DNA of 64,000 nt from Candidatus Babelota bacterium. GTDB taxonomy: Bacteria; Babelota; Babeliae; Babelales; Vermiphilaceae. This document shows, piece after piece, positions 30,186-40,011 of this stretch. The notes below the pieces were generated by a model. The model ran no database searches. It was not told the origin of the DNA and worked only from the letters and a program-made list of their open reading frames with translations. The DNA lies in NCBI GenBank assembly GCA_049325595.1, contig JBMOLF010000009.1, positions 1-64,000 of the forward strand, given 5' to 3'. Every line of letters starts with the position of its first letter. The stretch's first letter is position 1. Position numbers and translations under genes: made by a program.

Positions 30186-31304
30186 ATGAGCTGGTCATTT
30201 TTTAAATCTATTTTTTATTCATTTATTCTTATCGATTTTCATGGGCTTACTTTTTGCACCTTTTCTTTTATCATGGGCATTGCTACGCAATTTTTCGGAT
30301 ATAACCACCTAATAATAAGCGCTTTTTTAATAAGTATATTTTTTTTATTACATAACAAAATCAATTGTATTCTTTTGTTAAGTTTTATTTCATTTATCTG
30401 TGGTGCACACATTTTACAAATGCATACAAATTATCATAATGCATTATCTGAATTCTATGGCAAAAAGATATCACTGCAAGGACATATAACCAATATCGAG
30501 ACTACAAAAAACAATTATTTTCCAACAAAAATTACCTTAAAAATTCATACCATTTTTTATAACAACAAAAACCACAAAAAATCACATACCTTGTATCTTT
30601 ATGTTTCAGCGAATGAAGGTAATGATGTAGGCGACGAAATCAAGGTAAAAAACATTGTGTTAACACCGCAATCTAAAAACTCATATGAACAATATTTGCA
30701 CAAAGAAGGAATTAGCAAAAGCATTTTTGCGCAACACAATTCAATTAAATTAATTAAACCCCCAGTCTATTCATTAAACAGATATATTCATCAATTGCGA
30801 AATCAATTGTTATTTAAAATTTCTCAATTGATAGGTCCTGAGTCCCAGGGAATAGTAAATACACTTTTTTTAGGCAATAGAAATAGCGAAACAGATACTA
30901 TTAAAAACTCATTTAAATATTGGGGAATTTCTCATTATCTTGCACGTTCAGGATTGCATCTGATCATGCTTATTATAGTGTGGCAATTTTTGCTTTCATT
31001 TTTACCTTTACCGTTTTTTCTAAAAGAAATCATAATAACAATTCTTGTTTTGATATATAGCATTTTTAGTTGGGCAAGCATTTCATTTAATCGCGCTCTT
31101 TGTATGTTTGTTTTAATTAAAACTTCTTTCTTTTTAAAGCGGCCGGTACACTACATGCATCTTATTTGTTTAACAGCACTCGTTATCTTAATACATAATC
31201 CCTTTCAACTCTTTTTTTTAGATTTTCAACTAAGCTTTGGGCTTACTTTTGCTATTGCCTGGTTTAACCATCTTCTATTTTTAAAAGAACAACAAATAAC
31301 ATAA
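30186..31304 (+). CDS. comEC: ComEC/Rec2-family membrane protein (short, no beta-lactamase domain)
   Basis: OB-like region then GISHYLARSGLHL, RA, NPFQLFFLDFQLSFG competence-domain motifs. Confidence 0.8.
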   Translation: MSWSFFKSIFYSFILIDFHGLTFCTFSFIMGIATQFFGYNHLIISAFLISIFFLLHNKINCILLLSFISFICGAHILQMHTNYHNALSEFYGKKISLQGHITNIETTKNNYFPTKITLKIHTIFYNNKNHKKSHTLYLYVSANEGNDVGDEIKVKNIVLTPQSKNSYEQYLHKEGISKSIFAQHNSIKLIKPPVYSLNRYIHQLRNQLLFKISQLIGPESQGIVNTLFLGNRNSETDTIKNSFKYWGISHYLARSGLHLIMLIIVWQFLLSFLPLPFFLKEIIITILVLIYSIFSWASISFNRALCMFVLIKTSFFLKRPVHYMHLICLTALVILIHNPFQLFFLDFQLSFGLTFAIAWFNHLLFLKEQQIT

Positions 31305-31366
31305 AAATATTGCAGGTTTATGATTCAAACCCCTATGATGTACCTAGTAACAGAAAGGGAGTCGTC

Positions 31367-32710
31367 ATGGTTTTGCATCAAATTAATAAAAAAATAACAA
31401 CTGGATTGTTTGTACTATTTGTTCTTACTAACAATCTTCATGCACATATGCATCAAATGGCAGACACTCTTGTATGTGTATTTATGGCAGGAATCAACAA
31501 CTTAGCAGGATTTGCACCACGCAACATTAAACAAATGGCTGCAATTGGGTCCAATGAAAATCTTCATATTGCCGTACACTTAGACATTAAACTTAATGGT
31601 AATAAAAAAGTTTCTCGCCGTTATTATATTGAGCCTAACAAAATAAATCATGTAAATGCTCATGATCCTGCAAGCCAACAAATGGATAGCGGCAACCCAG
31701 AAACAGCAATTACATTTTTTAATTGGTGTGTTGATAATTGCCCTGCAAAACATTATGTTTTCATTTTTTGGAATCACGGATATGGTATTATTGACCCACA
31801 AAATGGGTATGCTATTGATACCTCAAAATTATTTCATCTAAATCCAAGCATACATAAATTAGAACTTGATCGCAGTGTGGACTTTTTAGAATTAATAGAA
31901 AAGCCTCTTATTGATCCTAAAGGAATTTGCTGGGATGATATAACAGGCAATTATCTCACCAATCAAAAATTAGAGTATGTTCTTGAAAAAATGACTGAAA
32001 AAATAGGTAGAAAATTAGACATTGTTGTGTTTGATGCCTGTTTAATGTCTATGATTGAAATTGCTGATATTTTAAAAAAATATGCTCATTACATGGTCGG
32101 GTCGCAAGAAGTTGTTCTCGGGCCTGGATATAATTACAAAGAATTATTATCTCCTTATTTGCAAACAACACCACTAGACATGGAATCATTTGCAAAACAT
32201 ATTGTTACTTCATACAAAAAAACCTATAGCAATATTACAAACGACTACACACAATCAGCTCTCTGTCTAGATGAGCTTTTTGCCCTTGAAAACAACATCA
32301 ATCAAGTGTCAACTCTATTGCTTGAATGTCTTTCACTGCAATACCAGCAAAGCGTAAAAAATGTGATCAATATATGCAAAAGCCCATCTTATTGCACCCA
32401 TTTTGACCTTACCAGCTACATTGACTTGCAACATTTTTATAAAAACTTGTTAAACAACCTCAATCGAATGAATTTAAAAGATGAAAACAGAAAATATCAA
32501 CTACTAAATGAACTGCAAACAAATCTGCAAACTGGACTTGATATTATCAATCGTATAGTAATTGAAAATGTAGCGGGTCCAAATCTTTCACAAGCCTCTG
32601 GAATAGCAATTTATTTCCCTGATCGCAAAATTCACACTTCATACAAAAAAACAAACTTTTCAAAAGAAAATGCATGGGGAACACTGCTAACCCGTTACAT
32701 TTTGTCCTAA
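31367..32710 (+). CDS. Clostripain-family (C11) cysteine peptidase, exported
   Basis: DSGNPET, FWNHGYG (His), FDACLMS (Cys), GSQE, YIDL, GIAIYFP; AAGGGAG RBS before ATG 31367. Confidence 0.9.
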   Translation: MVLHQINKKITTGLFVLFVLTNNLHAHMHQMADTLVCVFMAGINNLAGFAPRNIKQMAAIGSNENLHIAVHLDIKLNGNKKVSRRYYIEPNKINHVNAHDPASQQMDSGNPETAITFFNWCVDNCPAKHYVFIFWNHGYGIIDPQNGYAIDTSKLFHLNPSIHKLELDRSVDFLELIEKPLIDPKGICWDDITGNYLTNQKLEYVLEKMTEKIGRKLDIVVFDACLMSMIEIADILKKYAHYMVGSQEVVLGPGYNYKELLSPYLQTTPLDMESFAKHIVTSYKKTYSNITNDYTQSALCLDELFALENNINQVSTLLLECLSLQYQQSVKNVINICKSPSYCTHFDLTSYIDLQHFYKNLLNNLNRMNLKDENRKYQLLNELQTNLQTGLDIINRIVIENVAGPNLSQASGIAIYFPDRKIHTSYKKTNFSKENAWGTLLTRYILS

Positions 32711-32782
32711 CCCACATAGAGGTAGAGGTTCTATAAATTTTTAACTATACTAATTACTTATTTAAAAACTATAGAGCCCTTT

Positions 32783-33376
32783 ATGACCCCACAAGAATTC
32801 AAGCAACAATTACTCAATAAACTTTATGAACCTTATAAAAAATGTACCATGTGTCCACTTGGTTTAATGGGAAGAAAAAATGTTGTATTTGGACAAGGAA
32901 ATCCAGATGCCGACTTAATGTTTATAGGAGAGGGGCCAGGACAGGAGGAAGATAATCAAGGGTTGCCATTTGTTGGGAGATCGGGGCAACTACTCAATAA
33001 AATTTTACAAGCAGTCAACATGTCCCGCGAAGAGGTTTTTATCACCAATATTGTAAAATGTCGTCCACCTAATAATAGAAAACCTATGCCCCAGGAAAGC
33101 GAGACCTGCAAAAACTTGCTCCTCATTAACCAAATTAAAATTATTAGGCCTACCATTATTTGCACACTTGGATCGGCCGCAATTCAAGGCCTTCTTAATG
33201 ACTATGACATTAAAATAAGCAAAATTCGTGGAAGTTTCTTAAGTTATCAAGAAATTCCTGTTTTGCCCACGTATCACCCTGCTTATATTTTGCGAAACCC
33301 TAAGGAACTAGATACCCTCTATACCGATATTGAACATGCAGTAAAATATGCAACAACCTGTACCAAAAAAAGCTAA
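32783..33376 (+). CDS. udg: Uracil-DNA glycosylase family 4
   Basis: CxxC, GEGPG..ED..G.PFVGRSG, NIVKCRPPNNR, TYHPA. Confidence 0.95.
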   Translation: MTPQEFKQQLLNKLYEPYKKCTMCPLGLMGRKNVVFGQGNPDADLMFIGEGPGQEEDNQGLPFVGRSGQLLNKILQAVNMSREEVFITNIVKCRPPNNRKPMPQESETCKNLLLINQIKIIRPTIICTLGSAAIQGLLNDYDIKISKIRGSFLSYQEIPVLPTYHPAYILRNPKELDTLYTDIEHAVKYATTCTKKS

Positions 33377-34881
33377 GGCTGTAATGGCGTATCTCGCTTT
33401 AAATCAAGACGATTTGATGCACCCTTTTCCATTGTTTCAATAAAATATAAAAGCAGCTTTAATTCATAGCTCGGTTCTTTAATCGACTCATATAACTCGA
33501 GCTCTTTGCTTACCAATCGCTCGCTAAATTCTGTATATAAATAATATTTTGTTGCTTGAGAATCAATTACCACATATTGGGTAGTGTTGCCACTTTTTAT
33601 TATAGATAAACTATAATAATGACCTATTCCTTTACCCATTTGTGTTTTTTCTTCATTGCCTACCACAAGCGTGTAAAAAAATTGATCTTTTTTTAATCCA
33701 TCTTGTATAATCTGCTTAGTTTTTTCTACAACTTGTTGCATAGAGGGTTCAGCCAACTGATAATACTCATCATTTACCAATAACAATGTGGGTAAAAATG
33801 CTATCTTGTCTTTAATCGGACCAAATGCTTTTGCTTGGAAAAATTTTTCTATTTCTTCTATAGAAGCCCATTTAATACAACCATAGACATTTATAAAACT
33901 GGCCGCCTCTGTAGAACTTGGCACCGATTTAAGAAAATTAACATCACCCGAACTGACAAAATCAAACATTTGTAAAGAATTACGCAATGCAAGTGTTGGA
34001 CAAGCGCCAACAGTCTCTGAAACTTCATCTTGATTTATCGTTTTAAGTTGTATTAATTGAACAGCCCTATTGGATATGCCAAGCTCAGCAGATATATCAA
34101 TCCAACAAGGAAGCTTTTGTATTTGTAGCTTAGTTTTTTCTAATGCAGCTTGTTCGCCCTCAATGCCTTGCTCTTTTATTTTTTGGCTAATCTCAACAAT
34201 TTGCCAATCTGGTTGAGGAATTTTTACTACTTTTGAATAATGAACAGGCAACACACTTTCAACTGTTTGGCCATTGATTTTTATCGTTTCAATGCGAGGA
34301 TATAAGGGACAAAGCCCAAGCTCTTGTAAATTATTTACTGGAACAAGAGAAGCAACTTCACTTCCAACTCCCCTTTTTTCACCTAAGGAATCAAGCGTTG
34401 CCAAAACCAATCCCTCTAAATCAACAAAGCCTTCGGGCTTATTTGTTGCAATTCTATAGGTAATAATACTGCTCAAGAGGCTATTCAAAAAATCGACATT
34501 CAAAGGCAAAGCTTCTTCACTTGTTGCATAACCAACTAGCTCTTCCTCTAAATCTTTAATATCTGAAAGTCGGTGTTTTGACTGAACCTCAACTGCACGA
34601 CGCGACAATTCATCATTAAGACTGCTAGCAAGAGCCGATTCCCAGGGATTTCTAAATTGCTTATTTTTTAGATAATTCAATACTAGCTTAACATCAGCCT
34701 CATCGGCCACTCGCGGATTAAATCTTCCGCCCCTTAATTGGTTTGCCCACTCATCAACAATCGACTCTATACGAATTGACTCCTCAATGGGCTCCTCTTG
34801 CTCACGCTCCATACAAAATACAATACCAATTAACGCAACAGAAAAACCCATAAGGAATAGGAATTTTTTACAAAACCTCAT
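33373..34881 (-). CDS. Secreted hypothetical protein with candidate papain-fold Cys-His-Asp triad
   Basis: Signal then MERE; NQ..GACPTLALRN, GHYYSL, YVVIDS in the C-terminal half. Confidence 0.6.
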   Translation of the reverse strand: MRFCKKFLFLMGFSVALIGIVFCMEREQEEPIEESIRIESIVDEWANQLRGGRFNPRVADEADVKLVLNYLKNKQFRNPWESALASSLNDELSRRAVEVQSKHRLSDIKDLEEELVGYATSEEALPLNVDFLNSLLSSIITYRIATNKPEGFVDLEGLVLATLDSLGEKRGVGSEVASLVPVNNLQELGLCPLYPRIETIKINGQTVESVLPVHYSKVVKIPQPDWQIVEISQKIKEQGIEGEQAALEKTKLQIQKLPCWIDISAELGISNRAVQLIQLKTINQDEVSETVGACPTLALRNSLQMFDFVSSGDVNFLKSVPSSTEAASFINVYGCIKWASIEEIEKFFQAKAFGPIKDKIAFLPTLLLVNDEYYQLAEPSMQQVVEKTKQIIQDGLKKDQFFYTLVVGNEEKTQMGKGIGHYYSLSIIKSGNTTQYVVIDSQATKYYLYTEFSERLVSKELELYESIKEPSYELKLLLYFIETMEKGASNRLDLKRDTPLQP

Positions 34882-34999
34882 ACCCTTTTCCTTGTGAAAA
34901 ATTACAAATATCAATTTTAAAATAACAAATCGCCAATATCTTATTCAATAAAAAAATTAAATACTGCTTTGTTTATAAAAAAATGGCCAAAGATAGGCG

Positions 35000-35043
35000 G
35001 TGGTGGATAAGTGGTGGATAAGTGGTGGATAAGTGGTGGATAA
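35000..35043 (-). repeat. Tandem 11-bp repeat x4 (GTGGTGGATAA), each a DnaA-box variant TTATCCACC on the minus strand
   Basis: Four exact copies starting 35000, 35011, 35022, 35033. Confidence 0.95.
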
Positions 35044-35310
35044 CTTTACCCCCTATCCCCCTTTTTATTCTCTACCAAGACAATCCGAGGGTAGGCGCGT
35101 TGCATTGAGCGTCCAAATCAATGTTTTCGACTTTCTAGAAAAACTTATCCACAAGTTGTCCACCAACAATCCACCACTTATCCACCAAGAACACATTTAA
35201 AAAAAAGCCTTTATTAATCGATATTTTTTTATTATTTCCTTAAGTTATCCACCAAAATTGATGTTGCTTATTATAATTATATATATAACTATATTTATAT
35301 AGGATTATTG
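35000..35310. other. oriC: Probable chromosomal replication origin (oriC)
   Basis: Nine DnaA-box-like 9-mers (four minus; plus-strand at 35145 perfect TTATCCACA, 35156, 35167, 35178, 35245) followed by an AT-rich tract in a ~550-bp intergenic region; apparent C-rich to G-rich shift across it (by eye). Confidence 0.85.
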
Positions 35311-35326
35311 TTTGGCCTAAAAAAGG

Positions 35327-35355
35327 TTGCGGTTCTATGTTGTTTTTTATAAACT
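35327..35355 (+). promoter_or_regulatory. Candidate sigma70 promoter for nusA-infB
   Basis: TTGCGG-17 bp-TAAACT about 80 bp upstream of nusA. Confidence 0.45.
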
Positions 35356-35437
35356 ATAACAGTGTGCTTCAAAAAGCTGCTCTTCTGTTTATTGTATCAA
35401 TACACAAAAACAAAACCCAACTTAAGGAAATATACCA

Positions 35438-36508
35438 GTGAAACTTGCCGATGTTATAGACGAACTCGTTGAAGAGCGTGGTCTAGATAAAGAAATATTA
35501 AGCGATATAGTCTGCGAAGGTCTATTGGCCGCTTATCAAAAAAGATACCCATATCTTACTCTCCGCGTAGCCTATGATAAAAAAACTGGAGAAATACAAA
35601 TCGAGGTTGAGAAAGAAATTGTCTCAACAGTCGAAGACGACGAATTTGAAATTAGTTTGCGCAAGGCACGGTCACTTGGCTTAAATCAAGAAGTTGGAGA
35701 AAAAGTCTATCTGCCCTTTGATGGAAAAATTGGCCGCATAGAAATTTTGCGTGCTAAACAAGTTATTGCAAGCAAAATAAGAACCATTGAGTCTGCTGCA
35801 GTTTATAATGAATTTAAAGAAAAAGAGGGCTCAATTGTATTGGGTACCATACACAAGTGTGAGCGTGATGGATATGTGGTTAAAATACAAGAAACGATGG
35901 CTTTCTTGCCAAAATCACTTACCATTCCTACCGACAAATGTGTTGTGGGTTATACCATTCGCGCATTGCTTAAAGAAGTTCTTCCAGAGCCTAGAAATGA
36001 TAACCAGTTGATTCTTGATCGCGTATCAGAAAAGTTTTTGCAACGCCTATTTGAGTTGGAAATACCTGAAGTTTTTGAAAAATTAGTTGAAATTAAAAAA
36101 ATCGTTCGCGCGCCTGGTTACAAGTCCAAGGTTGTGGTTATGTCTCACGACAAGAATATTGATCCTGTGGGAACTTGTGTTGGTGTTGGTGGCGCCCGAA
36201 TTAAGCCTATATTAAAAGAATTAGGCGGTGAAAAAATAGATATTGTTGCAGCGAGTGACTCTATTGAGCAATTAATAAAAGATGCATTAAAGCCTGCTGA
36301 AATAAATCGCGTGCAAATTATTGATGAGCAAAATGTAAATGTGTGGCTTGATGACGATCAACGTTCACTGGCAATTGGGAAAATGGGACAAAATATAAGC
36401 CTTGCTTCTCGATTGGTGGGTTTAAATATTCACCTTGTAAAAAATGAGACAAATAGGTCTATAGAAAATCGATACAACGATGAAATAGAAGGGCTTGATT
36501 TAGATTAA
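35438..36508 (+). CDS. nusA: Transcription termination factor NusA
   Basis: AKQVI, S1 domain, LFELEIPE, RAPGYKSK, DPVGTCVGVGGARI, AIGKMGQN; GTG start with AAGGA. Confidence 0.97.
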   Translation: MKLADVIDELVEERGLDKEILSDIVCEGLLAAYQKRYPYLTLRVAYDKKTGEIQIEVEKEIVSTVEDDEFEISLRKARSLGLNQEVGEKVYLPFDGKIGRIEILRAKQVIASKIRTIESAAVYNEFKEKEGSIVLGTIHKCERDGYVVKIQETMAFLPKSLTIPTDKCVVGYTIRALLKEVLPEPRNDNQLILDRVSEKFLQRLFELEIPEVFEKLVEIKKIVRAPGYKSKVVVMSHDKNIDPVGTCVGVGGARIKPILKELGGEKIDIVAASDSIEQLIKDALKPAEINRVQIIDEQNVNVWLDDDQRSLAIGKMGQNISLASRLVGLNIHLVKNETNRSIENRYNDEIEGLDLD

Positions 36509-36565
36509 ATTGCAATAAAGGTTGGGATTTTTGGTAGCAATAAAGCTTGCGGGTAAGAATACACG

Positions 36566-38632
36566 ATGCGTGTTTATGAATTTTCAAAAAAAAATGAGAT
36601 AACATCAAAAGAAGTATTGGCGTTGTTGCAAGAAAATGGATTTGCGGTTGCGAGCCATATGTCAGTTTTGGCTGACGATGCGTTACAATTCTTGGAAAAC
36701 CACTATAAGAAAAAAACAAGTCAGCCTCCGCACGAAGAAGCTCCACAAAAAAAAGAAACTAAACAGATTGAATCGGTGCCAATGACACAGCAAGAACCAA
36801 TAAAAAAAGAAATCAAAGTAACAAAACCAACAGAACTCAAGCCTGTTGAAAAGCCTATTGTTAAAAAAGAACAAGGGGCAAAACCAACCTTTACTCAATC
36901 AAAGGTTGCTGTAGCGCCTGCGGTTGCAACGCAAGAAAGTAAAGCGCTTGCGCTAGAGCCAATAAGCCTTGCAGATTTTGCCAGCAAGGCGCAAAAACCA
37001 TTCACAGATGTGATTGTCACGCTCATGAAGTGGGGCATTTTGTCAAACAAGAATCAAATTTTAACTGAAGATTTGGTTGAAAGATTGGCAGCCCATTATC
37101 AATTAAAGTTGGTAAAAAAAGAAGAAAAAAAACAAGAACATGGCAAGATAGAGGCAGTTGAGGGTGCGCAATTAGAAGAGCGTGTGCCTGTTGTGGTTGT
37201 AATGGGTCATGTTGACCATGGAAAAACAACCCTGCTTGATTTTATAAGAAATACTCGTGTTGCCGCGCGTGAAAAAGGTGGCATAACCCAGCATTTGGGT
37301 GCATATGAGGCAAAAACACCTCAGGGCTCCATTGTTTTCTTGGACACTCCCGGCCATGAAGCTTTTTCAAAAATTAGACAACGTGGAATTAAGGTCGCCG
37401 ATATTGCAATTTTAGTAGTTGCGGCAGATGATAGCGTTATGCCACAAACTATTGAAGCGATTAAGCATGCGCAGTCTATGAAAGTTCCCATTATTGTAGC
37501 AATTAATAAAATTGATAAAGTGGATTCATCGCGCTTTGATGTCGTAAAAAGAGATTTAACGCAGCATGGTTTAGTGCCAGAAGAATGGGGTGGCGATGTA
37601 ATATTTGTCCCGCTTTCAGCAAAAGTTGGCACTGGGGTTGATAAGCTTCTTGAAATGATTATTCTTCAGTCGCAAATTATGGAACTTCGTGCTGATGTTT
37701 CGGGTTCGGGAAGAGGATATGTTCTTGAATCAAAATTAGAAAAAGGCCGTGGACCGGTAGCAACAGTATTGTTTCAACATGGAAATGCTCGTGTTGGAGA
37801 CTATTTTGTTGCAGGAAATACGCAAGGACGCATTACTTCCATGGTTGATTCTTATGGTAAAAGAATAGAATCAGTGGGCCCTGCTGTGCCTGTGCAAGTT
37901 GCTGGGTTTACTGAGCTTCCAGAGGCTGGCGACTTTTTTGAAATAGTTGATAAAACAGCATACCTTAAATCGCGACAAGCAGCTCCAATTGCAAAAACTC
38001 AGCCTATGATGCGTGTAGCGGATCAAGGATCAATTAAATTAATTGTAAAAACAGATTCAAATTCTTCAAAAGAAGCACTTTTAGAGTCAATTGAAAAATT
38101 GTCTAAAAAGAGCGAAAAAGGCTTTACTATAATCAATTCAGGACTTGGTAATGTTCTAGAAAGTGATGTGGAATTAGCTGCTGATACCGGATCTCGCATC
38201 CTTACGCTACATGTTAAAACAGAACCTAATGCTGCTACCTTGGCTCAACGGCTAGGGGTAACTATAGATGTTTATGATATAATTTATAAACTACTTGAAT
38301 CATTAGAAGAATTGGCTGAGCGTGGAAAAGAAATAAAATACATACGCAAAAAAATTGGTGAAGCTGTAGTTCGCAAAGTTTTTGATATAAAAAATCTTGG
38401 CGTTATTGCAGGGTCATATATTAAAGAAGGTATATTTACTCGCGAAGGAACAGTTATTGCTTTCAGGGGCAATAAAAAAATCGGTGGCGGTAAAATTGTT
38501 AGCCTTCAGCGCGATAAGAAAAATGTGAAAGAAGTTCACACTGGTTATGAATGTGCCTTTATGGTTGAAGGATTTAATGACTGGGAAGTTGATGATCGCG
38601 TTGAATGCTACATTGATGTACCAGAAAAATAA
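36566..38632 (+). CDS. infB: Translation initiation factor IF-2
   Basis: MRVYE N-terminus, MGHVDHGKTTLLD, GGITQH, DTPGHEAF, NKID. Confidence 0.98.
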   Translation: MRVYEFSKKNEITSKEVLALLQENGFAVASHMSVLADDALQFLENHYKKKTSQPPHEEAPQKKETKQIESVPMTQQEPIKKEIKVTKPTELKPVEKPIVKKEQGAKPTFTQSKVAVAPAVATQESKALALEPISLADFASKAQKPFTDVIVTLMKWGILSNKNQILTEDLVERLAAHYQLKLVKKEEKKQEHGKIEAVEGAQLEERVPVVVVMGHVDHGKTTLLDFIRNTRVAAREKGGITQHLGAYEAKTPQGSIVFLDTPGHEAFSKIRQRGIKVADIAILVVAADDSVMPQTIEAIKHAQSMKVPIIVAINKIDKVDSSRFDVVKRDLTQHGLVPEEWGGDVIFVPLSAKVGTGVDKLLEMIILQSQIMELRADVSGSGRGYVLESKLEKGRGPVATVLFQHGNARVGDYFVAGNTQGRITSMVDSYGKRIESVGPAVPVQVAGFTELPEAGDFFEIVDKTAYLKSRQAAPIAKTQPMMRVADQGSIKLIVKTDSNSSKEALLESIEKLSKKSEKGFTIINSGLGNVLESDVELAADTGSRILTLHVKTEPNAATLAQRLGVTIDVYDIIYKLLESLEELAERGKEIKYIRKKIGEAVVRKVFDIKNLGVIAGSYIKEGIFTREGTVIAFRGNKKIGGGKIVSLQRDKKNVKEVHTGYECAFMVEGFNDWEVDDRVECYIDVPEK

Positions 38633-38666
38633 TAAATCATAAAAATATTACATATTTTAAGTAAGC

Positions 38667-38697
38667 AAGGACTGCAAAAAACTGCAGTCCTTTTTTT
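38667..38697 (+). terminator. Intrinsic terminator after infB
   Basis: AAGGACTGCA-AAAAAC-TGCAGTCCTT followed by T-tract. Confidence 0.88.
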
Positions 38698-39033
38698 ATA
38701 CGTTAGAAAAAACCATTTAAAATAGGGCGTTGTTACTGAATGAAAATTTTGTTGTTTTTTTGTTGTTTTTTAAAAAAATTAACATCTTTTTTTAAAAAAT
38801 GCGTTAAATGGCGAGTTTTCGTGTTGTTGCTTTTTTAAAAAAACAAAGATTCATTGTTTTTTATTTTTTTTATATCACAATGAATATCACCCTAGGTTGA
38901 AAAGTTACTCCTCCTTACTTATCAACAATAAGGGAATATGGTTAAATTCACTGCTTATGAGTAAGTAATAGATAAGAATGATTATTACAATTCCTTCTTA
39001 GCTCAAACACTTTATTCTTGTCTATTACTTGGC

Positions 39034-39927
39034 TCAATCTTCTAATTCTAAACTTTTTTTTGTTTTACTATCTAAAAGTTGTTTTAATATATGCATGTTT
39101 CGTGCATAATCCTCTAAAGTATCTCTAGGCGTTTCCAGAATTTTAGGAATATCAAAAAGGCGCTTGTCATTCATAAAAAGCTTAAATGACTCTATGCCCA
39201 TTTTCCCCTTGCCAATATCTTCATGGCGGTCTACTTTAGAGCCAAGCTCTTTTTTTGAATCATTAAGATGTATCATTTTTAAGTGTTCAAGTCCTAGGTG
39301 TTTATCAAATTTTTCCCAAACATCGGTATATTCTTTTTCGCTTCTTAAATCGTAGCCCGCTGCAAATGCATGACAGGTGTCAAAACAAAAACCAATTTTG
39401 CGCTTGTGGCTGATTAAGTTTTTTAATTCTGCTAGCTGTTCAAATGTTGAGCAGACCGCGGATCCCTGGCCGGCCATATTTTCAAGAAGGATAGAACAAT
39501 GAGCATTGGTAGTTTCGTATATATCATCTATAAATTGTGCAATTTGTTTAAGGGCAGTCTCTTGAGAATTTTCAAGCCGAGAGCCGGGATGCAATACCAA
39601 ATAGGGAATTCCTAATTGATCACAACGTTGCAACTCTATAGCCAGAGCTTGTATTGATTTATGTTGCATTTCTTTATTTGAGGCGCCCAGATTAATCAAA
39701 TAGCTTGCGTGAGCGGCAATGAATGAAATAGAAGAATTTTTAAGCGCCTTTTTAAATAGATCGGCTTGTTCAGTTGAAATGGGCTTTGCCTGCCATTGCC
39801 GATTGCTTTTTGTAAAGATTTGAATGGCGGTACAATCTATTGATTGTCCTCTAGCAATAGATAGATCAAATCCTCCCGCTATAGACATATGGGCGCCAAG
39901 TAAAAGAGAATGTTTTTTGTGTTTCAT
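39034..39927 (-). CDS. nfo: Endonuclease IV (AP endonuclease)
   Basis: GAHMSIAGG, HASYLINL, HPG, ENMAGQG, DTCHAFAAG, HLNDSK, DRH, LETP. Confidence 0.97.
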   Translation of the reverse strand: MKHKKHSLLLGAHMSIAGGFDLSIARGQSIDCTAIQIFTKSNRQWQAKPISTEQADLFKKALKNSSISFIAAHASYLINLGASNKEMQHKSIQALAIELQRCDQLGIPYLVLHPGSRLENSQETALKQIAQFIDDIYETTNAHCSILLENMAGQGSAVCSTFEQLAELKNLISHKRKIGFCFDTCHAFAAGYDLRSEKEYTDVWEKFDKHLGLEHLKMIHLNDSKKELGSKVDRHEDIGKGKMGIESFKLFMNDKRLFDIPKILETPRDTLEDYARNMHILKQLLDSKTKKSLELED

Positions 39928-40011
39928 AAGTAATATGCGTTTAAGAGTAAAACTGATTAATTCTACTAATTAGCCTATACAGAAAAAGCCCTGTTTAACA
40001 GAGTTATTTTG

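Noticed and set aside
35000..35043. GTGGTGGATAA x4 as a CRISPR array, Chi cluster or simple VNTR
   Set aside because: No spacers, 11-bp unit, no cas genes; each unit is a DnaA-box variant mirrored by an opposed array with the same period
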